A stretch of 64,000 nt of DNA from Candidatus Woesebacteria bacterium (lineage in GTDB: Bacteria; Patescibacteriota; Microgenomatia; UBA1400; UBA12028): positions 162,229 to 226,228 of the forward strand of contig JBDTWD010000001.1 in assembly GCA_040006915.1 (NCBI GenBank). Reading direction: 5' to 3'. Shown here one piece after another: positions 38,098 through 48,569 of the stretch. Every line of letters begins with the position of its first letter. Positions within the stretch are counted from its first letter, which is position 1. Under the pieces are notes generated by a model, which was given only the letters and a program-made list of their open reading frames with translations, did not search any database and was not told the origin of the DNA. Position numbers and translations under genes: made by a program.

Positions 38098-40747
38098 TCC
38101 ATTGATCTGCTCGGTTGGCGCTAGCGCCAATCTCGACCTTTTGGAAGCTGTTTCTTTGTAATACTCGATCTATACGTTTACCTTGTTTCTCTAATGCTGA
38201 TTGGGAAACGACGGTGTTTACAAGTGACGTTCCATCCAACGACACATACAACGCATCGTTCACCTGTCGACGTAAGACGACTTTTCCCACAATTGTTTGA
38301 TGAGATTTGCTGGGATCAAATGTATATTCTTCTCGGAATAAAGCAACCGGATTATCCGTCAAAACAACAGGGAAATTTTGCTGCTGAAAAATAATACGTG
38401 TCCGTCTGTCAACTTGCGAATCAAGTAACTCTACAAATTCGTGATATTTTTGCTCTCGGCTCTTTCCAGCTTTTGCACCAAACATGGTTGGCCCCGGAAT
38501 AATGAGACCATTTTTGGCATCAGCGACATCTGCATGTCGAGATATCTGGGCTGGAAAGGTAAACAAGTTTCCTTGTCTCTGCATCTCATTGATATATACC
38601 TGTGGACCATACTTATGCTTTGATTTTGAATCCGATTCAATCGGTCTAGTAAAAACGCCTGCCCAAAAATATGGACCATAGAATTTAACGAGATAAGCCT
38701 GCAAATAGGCAAGAAATGCGAGCGCCAAGGCGTGTCCTTCCACAAAACTGTAACTCTTAAAATGCAAAAGCTGCTGCTCTAACAAGGCTGTAACGATTTG
38801 CGGATATGACTTTGTTTCAAGCGTCTTAGTGAGATCTTGTAAAATTGTTTGCTTCGTATCCCACTTCACATTTTCGCTCATCATCTTTAGCAGTACATTT
38901 CCTTCCTTTAAATCCAACCCTAATACAGAGACAGCAATCTCCAGTAATTGATCTTGAAAAATGGCCGTGTAACGCGTCTCTTCCACAATTGAACGAATCT
39001 CAGGATAATTTGCAAATGGATGTATTTGAAAGTGAGTTCCTAAATACATATCCCGCGCCAAAAAATCCAATCTTGCTAGTGCTAATGCTTGCGCAACAAT
39101 ACTGAGCGAGGCATGATCCCAAACCATACCCACATCACGTAAGACCTGTTGTAGGTGTGGAGTATCACAAAAGACGATCGCTGTAGTTTTACCTTGAAGA
39201 ATAGCTTCATAGACCTCAGAAAGATTTGGAGGAATCACTATTTCTATACCATGTCGTTTTAAAACTGCTTTCGTGTCTTTTATATTTGTCATTGCCAATG
39301 AACCCAAAAAATCGAGTTTGAATTGATGCAAGAACTTCTCAATCGCACTAGCGGTCCAGTGGCTGACAATCATTCCCCCGCCAGTTTTAAGCAGAGGCGA
39401 TTTGGCAAACATCCCAAAACCTGAAGCATGAGTTGAGATACTAGTGGGAATTTTTGCAGCTTCAAGTGCATCTAGCTCATCTTCTGTTAAGACATACTTT
39501 GCCTCTTTTGCAAGTTCAATGATGGAATTACGTCCTAAATGGTTTATCTTGCACAGGCGCACCGCTTCATCAGGGTATAGTCTGGCCACATGGCTCATTA
39601 CCTTTGCGACATCACTTTGAGAAAGCAGGAAGTCAGTATCGGGCAAACTCTCACCTCGCTCAGCATTGATGAAGCGCTCAAACAACAACGATTGAGGATC
39701 AATTTTGACCACTCCCAAAAGCCATAAGACCACACTATTGTTGGCACTTCCTGAAACCATAAACTCAATCCCTTTTTCATCACAAAACTGGGCGATTTCA
39801 TAACACATAAGAATGTAGTCAGAAAAGCCAAGAGTTTCTATAAGTGAACGCTCGTGTTCAACACGTTTGCGAAGTGAGTCACTCTCTATGCCTTCTGACT
39901 GGTGTTTACGCAGCGACTCGTGCACAAGTCTTGAAAGCACTGTGAATGACACTTCTTCCCCGGCAATTTTGGCTTTCGTTTCTGGCTTTTTTGGAAGAAT
40001 TACAGAACACATATTGGCGTGTTCTACAGTTTTTTGGATCGCATCAGGTTCATATGGATACAATGAGGCAACCTGCAATCCATTTTTTAATGTTTCATTT
40101 AAGTATGATGATTGTGTTGGGTTGATCTGCGAACGTCCATAAACTGCATGTAGGAATTCGCGAATATGAACATCCTTGGCAGACGCCATAGTTACTGGAT
40201 GCATAACTACCAATTTGTCTCTGTGCGCTCTGTGACGTTTTGTAAAATCTGCTACTTTAGTTCCTACTGTTGGATGATCAAGTGCAAAAAAATTCGTGTC
40301 ATCATCAGGGTTATCATCGACAATCTGCGCATAATCATGCCAGTACACAAATATTTCTTCTCCAGGCTTTCTGTTGGACAAAGTATCTGGAGTAACTAGC
40401 TGTCCGTGGACCATAATCGAAGATACAAGCTGGAATAGGAATTCCAAACCTTCTTTGTTTCTTGCTAATGCCGTCACTCGTTTTGGTTTTGTTTCGGTAT
40501 CAATATACACATCGAAGCTGGTTCCAGGAATAGTATGTAGATTTTGCTTCACTCCTTGGTCCATGAACTCTCCGAGATCAATGAAGCTTGGATTGGTAAG
40601 CGCAAGAGACTTGAGTTGCAGTTCTTTTGTACGTGTGACTAGCTGAGTAGGGGAAGAAGTAGCGTGGATGCCATGCAATATGGCTGCTTTACTAAAAGTA
40701 CTTAGAGGATTGTATTCAACTTGCGGGTTCTGCTCTCTGCCTTTCAT
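38054..40747 (-). CDS. Divergent DnaE-family (Pol III alpha-like, family C) polymerase paralogue, 897 aa, with a PHP-like N-terminus
   Basis: By-eye alignment to E. coli DnaE: FMVSGSANNSVVLWLLGVVKIDPQSLLFERFINAERGESLPDTDF (vs [48 protein letters not shown]), LDFLGSLAMTN (vs DFLGLRTL), FVEGHALALAFLAYLQAYLVKFY (vs [23 protein letters not shown]). N-terminal ILHGIHATSS ... TNPSFIDLGEF resembles a degenerate PHP domain. About 260 aa shorter than canonical DnaE. Confidence 0.55.
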   Translation of the reverse strand: MKGREQNPQVEYNPLSTFSKAAILHGIHATSSPTQLVTRTKELQLKSLALTNPSFIDLGEFMDQGVKQNLHTIPGTSFDVYIDTETKPKRVTALARNKEGLEFLFQLVSSIMVHGQLVTPDTLSNRKPGEEIFVYWHDYAQIVDDNPDDDTNFFALDHPTVGTKVADFTKRHRAHRDKLVVMHPVTMASAKDVHIREFLHAVYGRSQINPTQSSYLNETLKNGLQVASLYPYEPDAIQKTVEHANMCSVILPKKPETKAKIAGEEVSFTVLSRLVHESLRKHQSEGIESDSLRKRVEHERSLIETLGFSDYILMCYEIAQFCDEKGIEFMVSGSANNSVVLWLLGVVKIDPQSLLFERFINAERGESLPDTDFLLSQSDVAKVMSHVARLYPDEAVRLCKINHLGRNSIIELAKEAKYVLTEDELDALEAAKIPTSISTHASGFGMFAKSPLLKTGGGMIVSHWTASAIEKFLHQFKLDFLGSLAMTNIKDTKAVLKRHGIEIVIPPNLSEVYEAILQGKTTAIVFCDTPHLQQVLRDVGMVWDHASLSIVAQALALARLDFLARDMYLGTHFQIHPFANYPEIRSIVEETRYTAIFQDQLLEIAVSVLGLDLKEGNVLLKMMSENVKWDTKQTILQDLTKTLETKSYPQIVTALLEQQLLHFKSYSFVEGHALALAFLAYLQAYLVKFYGPYFWAGVFTRPIESDSKSKHKYGPQVYINEMQRQGNLFTFPAQISRHADVADAKNGLIIPGPTMFGAKAGKSREQKYHEFVELLDSQVDRRTRIIFQQQNFPVVLTDNPVALFREEYTFDPSKSHQTIVGKVVLRRQVNDALYVSLDGTSLVNTVVSQSALEKQGKRIDRVLQRNSFQKVEIGASANRADQWIILNLQEATLQDQK

Positions 40748-40863
40748 GAACGTACTGTACCATATTAGTATCGAAACACAGTCGTTTAAGATCGGTAAAA
40801 ATCATTCATAGGCCTGAATCCTTCTGGTATTTCTTCGTTGAATATGTGATACTGAATACATTC

Positions 40864-43800
40864 ATGAATCGATTCTCCCTTTTTATTTTTGTTCTAATCT
40901 CTTGTTTCTTTCTTTTTTTCGCTCCGGCTAAAGCACAAAGCCCTCTTCAAACCACAATTCAAGTAACATCAGGTACAAATGACGTCAATGAAGACGGTAC
41001 AACGTTTACAAATAATGCTACTACTCTTTCGCTCGGGAATGCGGCTTCTACTACTAATAGTTATGAAGGTTTACGCTTTGTCGCTGTAAATATTCCCAAG
41101 AACTCCACGATCACAACAGCATCTCTACAAGTATATTCAACTCAAAGTCAGTGGATCTCTTTAGCTTTAAGTATTGGAGCCGATTCGGTCGGCAACAGTA
41201 CTGCATTCTCATCGACTTCGAAACCATCTGGAAGAACTCAAACGACTCAAAAAGTAACAAGCTCTACCAATGTACAGTGGAATGCGAATACTTGGTATAC
41301 AGTCGCTAATCTCTCAACGATCGTACAGCCAATTATAAATAGATCTGATTGGCAGTCAGGAAATAGTCTGTCTCTTCTTATCAAAGGAACCGGAAGTGCG
41401 TGGGCACGCAAATTTATGGCAGCCTATGAACTCAATACAGCTCAAGCAGCAAAGCTAGTGATTACCTATACATTGCCACCAACTCCTACTCCCACACCAA
41501 CTCCAGTTCCAACTCCGACTGCCACTCCTACCCCAACGCCAGCTCCACGATACAATCTAAACGGAACGGTGTTCGTCGATTCGGATGGAGATGGAATTCT
41601 TGATGGAAGCGAAACTGGATACGCAAATGCATTTCTGGCTATATCCGGAGGATGGAATAGCTCTACCATTACGTCTTCGACTGGAACATATGCATTTACA
41701 TACTTACTGAGCGATACATATACATTAACTCTGACTGTACCAGCTGGTTTCCGAGCGACGACGCCACAGCCTCTAACGCAGCCCCTTACCACAAATGCGG
41801 TCAGTAACATTGGCATTCAGTTGATTCCAACTCCTACACCAACACCAACCGCAACTCCCAGCCCTACTCCAACTCCTACACCAATCCCCGTTCCTACCTA
41901 CACAATCTCAGGAATGGTTTTTACTGATGCCAATGGAAATGGAATTTTGGATACACTCGAAACAGGCTATGATGGAGCAACAGTAAACGTAACTGGTTTA
42001 GCCAGTGCTTCTGCAACCACTACGTCCAATGGTTTATATTCCTTTACCGGATTATTTGTTGGTGCATACAGTAACACTGTAACTGTTCCGGCTGGATATC
42101 AAATGACGACTGCCAACCCCGTGATAACAGTTATCCTCGCGGACACAACTGTTAACTTTGGAATTCAGTTGATTCCAACTCCCACACCAACGCCAACTCC
42201 TGAACCCACAGCACCACCTACGGCTACTCCAACACCTACTCCTGTTCCTACTTCTACACCCTTACCAACTCCAGTTCCAACCCCAAACCAAGCAGCCTAC
42301 TATGTGTCACCGGATGGCAGCGACAGCAATACTGGAGCAATAACGACTCCATTTAAAACTATTCAGAAGGCAGTCTCTACCACAAAAACAGATTCTAAAC
42401 CTGGAGCCATTATTCATGTTTTACCAGGAACATATCGACAAGCAATTGCAATTGATGGGGTAAATGGAACTGAAGTCAGTCCAGTTGTCATCATGGCTGA
42501 AAATGGAGCAGGGACAGTATTTGTGAACGGGTCAGAAAGTACCATGGACACTCGCTTAACGTGGACACAATCAACTGGAAGTGCACAATTCACTGACGCG
42601 GCTGCCCCACATATTTATGCAGCTGATGTAAGCGTTTGGAACGCAACTCCAGAATTAGCTTTTGACACGAGTAGTGCAAGTGCAACACGGCTTCCTAAAG
42701 CTCGTGAACCAGACTGGAACGTGACGACTGAGTGGAAATACCATGAAAATTGGTGGAAGGCCGAAGGTGCCGATGGAAGCACGCAAAACACTCTGATCGA
42801 TGGACTTGATGATGTAGCCGACTCCTATCCAGAAGCTTCAGCGAGTGCGGGAAATCTGAAATCGATCAATGGCTTTACAACTAACTTCTTAGTAGGATCT
42901 AGAATCTTCTTAAAAGATGGTATAGATGGACACGATGCTTTCAGTGCCGTCGTTACTGATCACGATGCGACCAACAGCGGGAAAATTACTTTCGACAAGA
43001 ATTTGGTGCACTTTAGTGGGAATCCAGCAGTTGGACAATATACCAAATATTACCTTGAGGGCGAATCACAACTTTTAGATACACCAGGTGAATGGTACTA
43101 CGATCAAGTTGCCAAGAAATTATACATTTGGCCCATTCAGGAAACTTCACCTGGTTCGTTGCCATTAGAATTTGCTCTGCGTCCCACTGTTTTCTCAATT
43201 CACAATAGTTCCTACGTCACTTTAAAAGATATGAACGTTCAATACGCTAACTATGCCTACGGATTATCTACTGGACCGGATGGAGCTATTCGATTCTTCG
43301 GATTCTCTCCGGATCAAACTCATCACATCACTTTAGATAATTTAGATATCAATCACAATGGCATTGGTTTACGTCTGTATCAGTCAAATACCACAGCGTC
43401 AGATTCTGGCTCTTTACATGACGTGACACTCAAGAATAGCAAAGTGATGTACAGCGACGGTTATGCTCTTGTCTCTTGGCATGCTCCAACTCCTAATAGT
43501 AATGCCCTTATTCACAATCTCGCTTTTATAAACAATGAATTTAGTTATATGGGTTTCCGTGGAAGTGGAGATGGAATCTTTATGCAGCACCCAGAAAAAG
43601 TGCTGTTTATTAATAACTATTTGCATCATAGTGCTCATAACGCAATTGAAATTCAACAAGGTAAAGGATCAGGTAATTCTTTAATGCTAGTTGAAAACAA
43701 CTTATCGGAAAATAATTGTTATAACGGTAGTGACTGCGGCGCCTTTAAATTCTGGGACTTTACGGGTGGAACAGGATCTCATCAAATTATAGTGACGCAT

Positions 43801-44535
43801 AATATTTTCCGAGGAACCAAAGGTTGGTCTTACGCCTCTCAAGCTCAAAACAAGTCAAATTCTCTGTTAGGTTTTGGGTATAACGGATCTGGATACTATT
43901 CTGATGGCGTCGTGGCAACTGCTTCAGCACAGGATTGTGCCGTCAGTATTTTCCGAAACTTGATTTACGACAACTCTGCAAGTGGTGCCCAATATACTAA
44001 CAGCCGAGATCAGTGCGCGTTTAACAACGTGTTTTCACAAAACGATATTGGAATTCGTATGAATAATTTTACTCCATTAGTCGATGGCAGTTTCTTAAAT
44101 AAAATTCGAGGGAACATTATTCTAAGTACGGAACCTAGCTCAAATCCAACGAGTGCGAAAATATTTGGAATTTCTTCCCGAATAAACAAAGCTGACGAAA
44201 ATCAGCTCCAAGTTGATGGGAATGTGTATCAGCTTAGCGGACCCAATGCCTATGACATGTACAAACAAGATGTGGGTTTCACTAATATTGGAACATGGAA
44301 AACAACAAATTTGATTCGAGCCAATACTCCATGGGAAATTCTGAGCGTAGATACAACGACCGCCAGCTCTTCGGCTACCAATGAATCACAGTTTGATATC
44401 ACAGCTATCGAACAAACGGCTGGTATCTCACAAGTAGATGTTCCTCCAGAGATTCAAGGAGCGATTTCAGCTTTAGAGCAAGAGTTTGGCATAACAATTC
44501 CCAACGCTTCTGCCGTTGGCCGACTTTCTTTATAG
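40864..44535 (+). CDS. Large secreted surface protein: signal peptide, N-terminal domain, Thr/Pro linkers, two SdrD/Cna-B-like Ca-binding domains, and a DUF1565-type right-handed parallel beta-helix
   Basis: Signal peptide MNRFSLFIFVLISCFFLFFAPAKA. TPTPTPTP linkers. GTVFVDSDGDGILDGSETGY and GMVFTDANGNGILDTLETGY (SdrD B-like). YYVSPDGSDSNTGAITTPFKTIQKAV (beta-helix N-cap) followed by long Asn/Gly-rich beta-helix repeats (NNCYNGSDCGAFKF). Confidence 0.7.
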   Translation: MNRFSLFIFVLISCFFLFFAPAKAQSPLQTTIQVTSGTNDVNEDGTTFTNNATTLSLGNAASTTNSYEGLRFVAVNIPKNSTITTASLQVYSTQSQWISLALSIGADSVGNSTAFSSTSKPSGRTQTTQKVTSSTNVQWNANTWYTVANLSTIVQPIINRSDWQSGNSLSLLIKGTGSAWARKFMAAYELNTAQAAKLVITYTLPPTPTPTPTPVPTPTATPTPTPAPRYNLNGTVFVDSDGDGILDGSETGYANAFLAISGGWNSSTITSSTGTYAFTYLLSDTYTLTLTVPAGFRATTPQPLTQPLTTNAVSNIGIQLIPTPTPTPTATPSPTPTPTPIPVPTYTISGMVFTDANGNGILDTLETGYDGATVNVTGLASASATTTSNGLYSFTGLFVGAYSNTVTVPAGYQMTTANPVITVILADTTVNFGIQLIPTPTPTPTPEPTAPPTATPTPTPVPTSTPLPTPVPTPNQAAYYVSPDGSDSNTGAITTPFKTIQKAVSTTKTDSKPGAIIHVLPGTYRQAIAIDGVNGTEVSPVVIMAENGAGTVFVNGSESTMDTRLTWTQSTGSAQFTDAAAPHIYAADVSVWNATPELAFDTSSASATRLPKAREPDWNVTTEWKYHENWWKAEGADGSTQNTLIDGLDDVADSYPEASASAGNLKSINGFTTNFLVGSRIFLKDGIDGHDAFSAVVTDHDATNSGKITFDKNLVHFSGNPAVGQYTKYYLEGESQLLDTPGEWYYDQVAKKLYIWPIQETSPGSLPLEFALRPTVFSIHNSSYVTLKDMNVQYANYAYGLSTGPDGAIRFFGFSPDQTHHITLDNLDINHNGIGLRLYQSNTTASDSGSLHDVTLKNSKVMYSDGYALVSWHAPTPNSNALIHNLAFINNEFSYMGFRGSGDGIFMQHPEKVLFINNYLHHSAHNAIEIQQGKGSGNSLMLVENNLSENNCYNGSDCGAFKFWDFTGGTGSHQIIVTHNIFRGTKGWSYASQAQNKSNSLLGFGYNGSGYYSDGVVATASAQDCAVSIFRNLIYDNSASGAQYTNSRDQCAFNNVFSQNDIGIRMNNFTPLVDGSFLNKIRGNIILSTEPSSNPTSAKIFGISSRINKADENQLQVDGNVYQLSGPNAYDMYKQDVGFTNIGTWKTTNLIRANTPWEILSVDTTTASSSATNESQFDITAIEQTAGISQVDVPPEIQGAISALEQEFGITIPNASAVGRLSL
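41476..41547 (+). repeat. Thr/Pro-encoding low-complexity linker repeat (ACN-CCN)n
   Basis: ccaccaactcctactcccacaccaactccagttccaactccgactgccactcctacc... Similar runs recur at about 41827-41897, 42175-42288 and 49117-49200. Confidence 0.6.
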
Positions 44536-44576
44536 TGTAGAGCTTACCTCTACACTTATAGGGTATAATCCTCCCA

Positions 44577-45440
44577 ATGAAAGAGTCATCTTCTCGCATA
44601 GTAACTTACGAACCAAACGCCCTAGTCTCAGAAATTGAGAGCGGATATTTCCCTGAATTAATACGACTTGTCAGTGAGGGATATGGAAAAGTTATCCGTG
44701 GTGAGAAAACCCGAGAGAAGAAAACCATCCAAGAATTTGACTACCCCGGGCGAGCCAAAATATATCTATACAAAGATGGAAACACAAACGACATCATTGG
44801 GTATTTCACCGCTATCATCTGGAAGAATGAAGACAATGATAAAAGAGGAGGCTATCTTCGCTCCCACTTTCGTGAACATAAAGTCAAGGTAAACGATCGC
44901 AACCTTGCCTTTGATGTGGGTGGAATCGTTATCGATCCTCGCTTTAGAGGCCAAGGTATTGGGCCATCCCTCATCCGTTACGCTACTGATGACATAAATC
45001 CGGTCATGGTTGTTGGCCAAACTAAAAATCCGGCTGCGATCTTTGCCCGAACAAAAGCTCTTTCGGACAAATACATTCTTGTTTGGGGTGGGAAAGTTAT
45101 TTCCGAACCCAATCTAGATTTCTCTGATCAAGTCGCGCAGTTTGCAACCGAGTCGTTTTATAAGGCGAGACAGATCTATTACACGAAGGAGTTAACTAAA
45201 GATGCGAGTGAACTACTTCAGAGCCGATATGGAAAAGCTGTTCATGCTTCACCACAAGAACTAGTTCCTTTTGACAAAGTCGATCTTTCTACTGTTCCCT
45301 ACAGCTTGCAACCCGCATTTTCAGAAATAAATGCTGTTCAAGACGAACTCAATGCAAAGAACATTAAAATGGTCGCATGGAGCCCTTTAGTAGCAGTACG
45401 AAAAGACGTAGCGGCAAAAATCCAAAATACGTATAGATGA
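44577..45440 (+). CDS. GNAT-family N-acetyltransferase-like protein
   Basis: VGGIVIDPRFRGQGIGPSLIRYA matches acetyl-CoA binding motif A (R/Q-x-x-G-x-G/A). Confidence 0.45.
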   Translation: MKESSSRIVTYEPNALVSEIESGYFPELIRLVSEGYGKVIRGEKTREKKTIQEFDYPGRAKIYLYKDGNTNDIIGYFTAIIWKNEDNDKRGGYLRSHFREHKVKVNDRNLAFDVGGIVIDPRFRGQGIGPSLIRYATDDINPVMVVGQTKNPAAIFARTKALSDKYILVWGGKVISEPNLDFSDQVAQFATESFYKARQIYYTKELTKDASELLQSRYGKAVHASPQELVPFDKVDLSTVPYSLQPAFSEINAVQDELNAKNIKMVAWSPLVAVRKDVAAKIQNTYR

Positions 45441-45495
45441 AAAGAGGGTATGTGCTCCTTCTATAATCTAGAGGAGAGACACCTTCTTTGCTATA

Positions 45496-46062
45496 ATGTG
45501 TCTATACTCTATGCCAAACGAATCAGAGCTTTCACCACATGAGAATACTCCCATCATGATTGATGGCAAGAAGGTCGATCTCGAAGAAATCTTGGAAGCT
45601 GAAGGCCGCCAGCAATTTGGAAAAATACTGATCAAAGTGACGCCTACATCAATAGATATTCGTCCAATAGATCAAAGTCAGTTCTTCTTCAGAGCGGAAG
45701 TATCTACCTCAGGAGAATTGGCTTTAAACATCGCTTTAAAGTCACAAGATGGGGCAAGAAATTCTCAGATGCCAGCTGGGCAAGATTTAGTAAGGGTAGC
45801 ACTTCGTTATTTAGAGAGCCACAATGAAATAAAAACGCTCATAGGAACCTGGAAAGAAGGCACCGACAACTTTAAACAATTTTTGATGAACAAAAAACAA
45901 AGAGGCTTGAGTGACAATGAATCTGCGCTACAAACATGGACTGGGGAAAATATAGCGGTCAAATTTGGATTTAGAAACGTTGTTGATGTGTATCAAGATA
46001 TGCGTTCGGACGAGCGGTTAGTTATCGCTAAATTCTCACGAAATCTTCCTGATTCCTTGTAA
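45496..46062 (+). CDS. Hypothetical protein (188 aa)
   Basis: ORF whose end overlaps the convergent purD end by 35 nt. Confidence 0.35.
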   Translation: MCLYSMPNESELSPHENTPIMIDGKKVDLEEILEAEGRQQFGKILIKVTPTSIDIRPIDQSQFFFRAEVSTSGELALNIALKSQDGARNSQMPAGQDLVRVALRYLESHNEIKTLIGTWKEGTDNFKQFLMNKKQRGLSDNESALQTWTGENIAVKFGFRNVVDVYQDMRSDERLVIAKFSRNLPDSL

Positions 46063-47386
46063 GCCTCTTAATCTCATCATCAGCTATGTCTTGACGATAA
46101 TGTAAATTGTCGCCTTCTATTTCAATAGTATTCATAGTGGCGTAGGCAAGTGCTTTAGCTTCTTGTACTGTCTCACCTTCTCCAACGATATAAAAAACTC
46201 TTCCCCCGTCTACCACCCAGTCGCATCCGATTCTTTTGATTCCTGCTCCGTAGACCAAAACTTGAGGAGCATTTATTGCATTTTCCAAACCAAAAATCCG
46301 CTTGCCCTTTACGCTATTGTAATCTTGAGGATACCCTTTGGCCGTCCCTGCAAGTACCACTCGACGTTTACCGTTCGTTTGGATTGGTATACTGGTTACA
46401 TTTCCTTGAGATATTGCCTTACTTAAAACAATAAAATCATTTTGAATACTCGGAACTAAAATCTGGGCTTCGGGATCACCCCATCGTGCGTTAAACTCCA
46501 CGACAAATACTTTTTTATTTGTACCTATCATTCCCCCTAGATATAGAACCCCTTTATATGGTCTTCCTTCTTGCGCGAGCCCCTGAACCGTTTTATTAAA
46601 AATCTCATTAACTTGAGCTACAATGTTCGAATCAATGAGCGAGGGTGGAGTAATACATCCCATTCCGCCGGTATTTTCTCCAGCATTTCCGTCTAAGGCT
46701 CTCTTATAATCTTGTGCATATCCAATAATCGAAAAATTTGCGCCATCACATAATGCAAAAGCTGAAAATTCCTCCGCCAGTTTATCATCTTCGCCTTTTA
46801 CCCATTGTTCAAGTAAATACGTTTCCCCAGACTTACCAAATCGCTGTAGCTCCAAGACTCTTTCCTGAGCTTGATAGTTATTCTCTGCAGGAAGTGCTCC
46901 CTTTCCTTCCGCTAAACCACTCGCTTTTACAAACCAAGGCTGGTCAACATGAGAACGAAGATAGCGGATTCCAGACTCGGTCGTTGCAAAGTGAGCAAAC
47001 TCTGGCTGTGGGATGTGATGACGACTCATAAAGTCACGAGCCCAGACTTTATCCCACTCAATTATTCCCGCTTCGCGAGTCGGGCCCACTGAAGCGATAC
47101 CCACCTCGGATAAAGCGTTGACTAAGCCAATTGCAACGGCATTATCCTGAGCTACGTCGACCAGAGAAACATCGTTTTTTTTGCAAATCTCAAGAATATG
47201 CGTAATATCCGTGGTCGTAATTGTTGGATGAGTAACCACTTGTTTAGTACAAGTCGCCTGCATCAAATCATTTCCTGGAATAGCAAAGACTCTTTCCACG
47301 TCAGGACTTTTCGCATATTGCTCCACAAGGACATGGCCTCTGCCACCCTTATCAATGACTGCAACACTTATTTTTTCTTTTGACAT
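46028..47386 (-). CDS. purD: Phosphoribosylamine--glycine ligase (GAR synthetase)
   Basis: VAVIDKGGRGHVL (vs VLVIGSGGREHAL), an ATP-grasp core, and C-terminal GTAKGYP ... GAG. Confidence 0.85.
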   Translation of the reverse strand: MSKEKISVAVIDKGGRGHVLVEQYAKSPDVERVFAIPGNDLMQATCTKQVVTHPTITTTDITHILEICKKNDVSLVDVAQDNAVAIGLVNALSEVGIASVGPTREAGIIEWDKVWARDFMSRHHIPQPEFAHFATTESGIRYLRSHVDQPWFVKASGLAEGKGALPAENNYQAQERVLELQRFGKSGETYLLEQWVKGEDDKLAEEFSAFALCDGANFSIIGYAQDYKRALDGNAGENTGGMGCITPPSLIDSNIVAQVNEIFNKTVQGLAQEGRPYKGVLYLGGMIGTNKKVFVVEFNARWGDPEAQILVPSIQNDFIVLSKAISQGNVTSIPIQTNGKRRVVLAGTAKGYPQDYNSVKGKRIFGLENAINAPQVLVYGAGIKRIGCDWVVDGGRVFYIVGEGETVQEAKALAYATMNTIEIEGDNLHYRQDIADDEIKRLTRNQEDFVRI

Positions 47387-47464
47387 GCTTTTGTTTGATG
47401 AGACGAATAGAAGAACTCCATTTTAACACCGTTAAAGATCCTGTACAATAAATCCGCTCTCCCT

Positions 47465-48478
47465 ATGAAATTTTTACTTCTTATTATTATTGGTCTTGTT
47501 GGATTTTTTGCTGTATATCCAAAACATGTATCTTCCCCAATTTCTGTCCCTCAAACAGTTTTGCCACAAGTGACACCAGATCCCTTCGAGGATTTGACCA
47601 TACCTGCCCTTCGAACTCGTTCATATTCCAGCCAGATGGGAGAATTAAAACAGATTAGTAAAAATGCAAACTTTACCTCTTTTTTAACTTCCTATACTGC
47701 TGATGATTTGCATATCAATGGCTTGCTTACACAACCCACTGGCAAGGCCCCTGAAGGTGGATGGCCTGTGATTGTCTTTGTGCACGGATATATTCCTCCA
47801 TCTCTGTACAAAACGACTGAGCGATATGTGGAGTATGTGAATTTTCTGGCTCGCAGTGGCTTTGTTGTATTTAAAATTGATTTACGAGGACACGGCAATT
47901 CCGAAGGCGATCCGGGTGGAGCATATTACTCGGGTGACTACGTAATCGATACACTCTCTGCAATACAAGCGGTTCAGAGCCTTCCCTTTGTAAACAAAGA
48001 CAGAGTGGGACTCTGGGGACATAGTATGGCTGGAAACATCACATTGCGTACTCTCGCGGCCAAACCCGATATCAAAGCAACAGCAATTTGGGCAGGCGCG
48101 GGATATACCTATACCGATCTTTTGGACTACAAGATCCAAGATAACAGTTATCGTCCTCCACAAGATCAGTCACGACAGTCTGCACGACGAAAAGAGCTGG
48201 CAGATCGTCACGGACCATTTGATCCAAATGATAGCTTTTGGAAATTGGTACCACCGACAAATTATTTGGGCGACATAAGAGGCGCCATCGGCTTATATCA
48301 TGCGATAGATGATACTGTGGTCAAAGTCGATTACAGCCGGAATTTAAACAAACTTTTGGATGCAACAACGATAATTCATGAGCTCCATGAATACCCAAGT
48401 GGAGGACACAATATTTCCGGAGCTTCTTTTACTAAAGCCATGCAAACCACTGTGGAATTTTACAAGAAGAATTTATAG
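47465..48478 (+). CDS. Secreted/membrane-anchored alpha/beta hydrolase (S9 / dienelactone hydrolase-like)
   Basis: N-terminal TM/signal. GxSxG nucleophile elbow GLWGHSMAGNI. A downstream His in HAIDDTVV and acidic residues are consistent with a Ser-Asp-His triad. Confidence 0.55.
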   Translation: MKFLLLIIIGLVGFFAVYPKHVSSPISVPQTVLPQVTPDPFEDLTIPALRTRSYSSQMGELKQISKNANFTSFLTSYTADDLHINGLLTQPTGKAPEGGWPVIVFVHGYIPPSLYKTTERYVEYVNFLARSGFVVFKIDLRGHGNSEGDPGGAYYSGDYVIDTLSAIQAVQSLPFVNKDRVGLWGHSMAGNITLRTLAAKPDIKATAIWAGAGYTYTDLLDYKIQDNSYRPPQDQSRQSARRKELADRHGPFDPNDSFWKLVPPTNYLGDIRGAIGLYHAIDDTVVKVDYSRNLNKLLDATTIIHELHEYPSGGHNISGASFTKAMQTTVEFYKKNL

Positions 48479-48569
48479 CTTATTTTTTCTTGTCCAACTC
48501 ATACAGCACTTTTCCTGAAACTCCCTTATACTAATCTTTCAAAGGCCTTTTTCTGAAGGTTTTGTTTGT

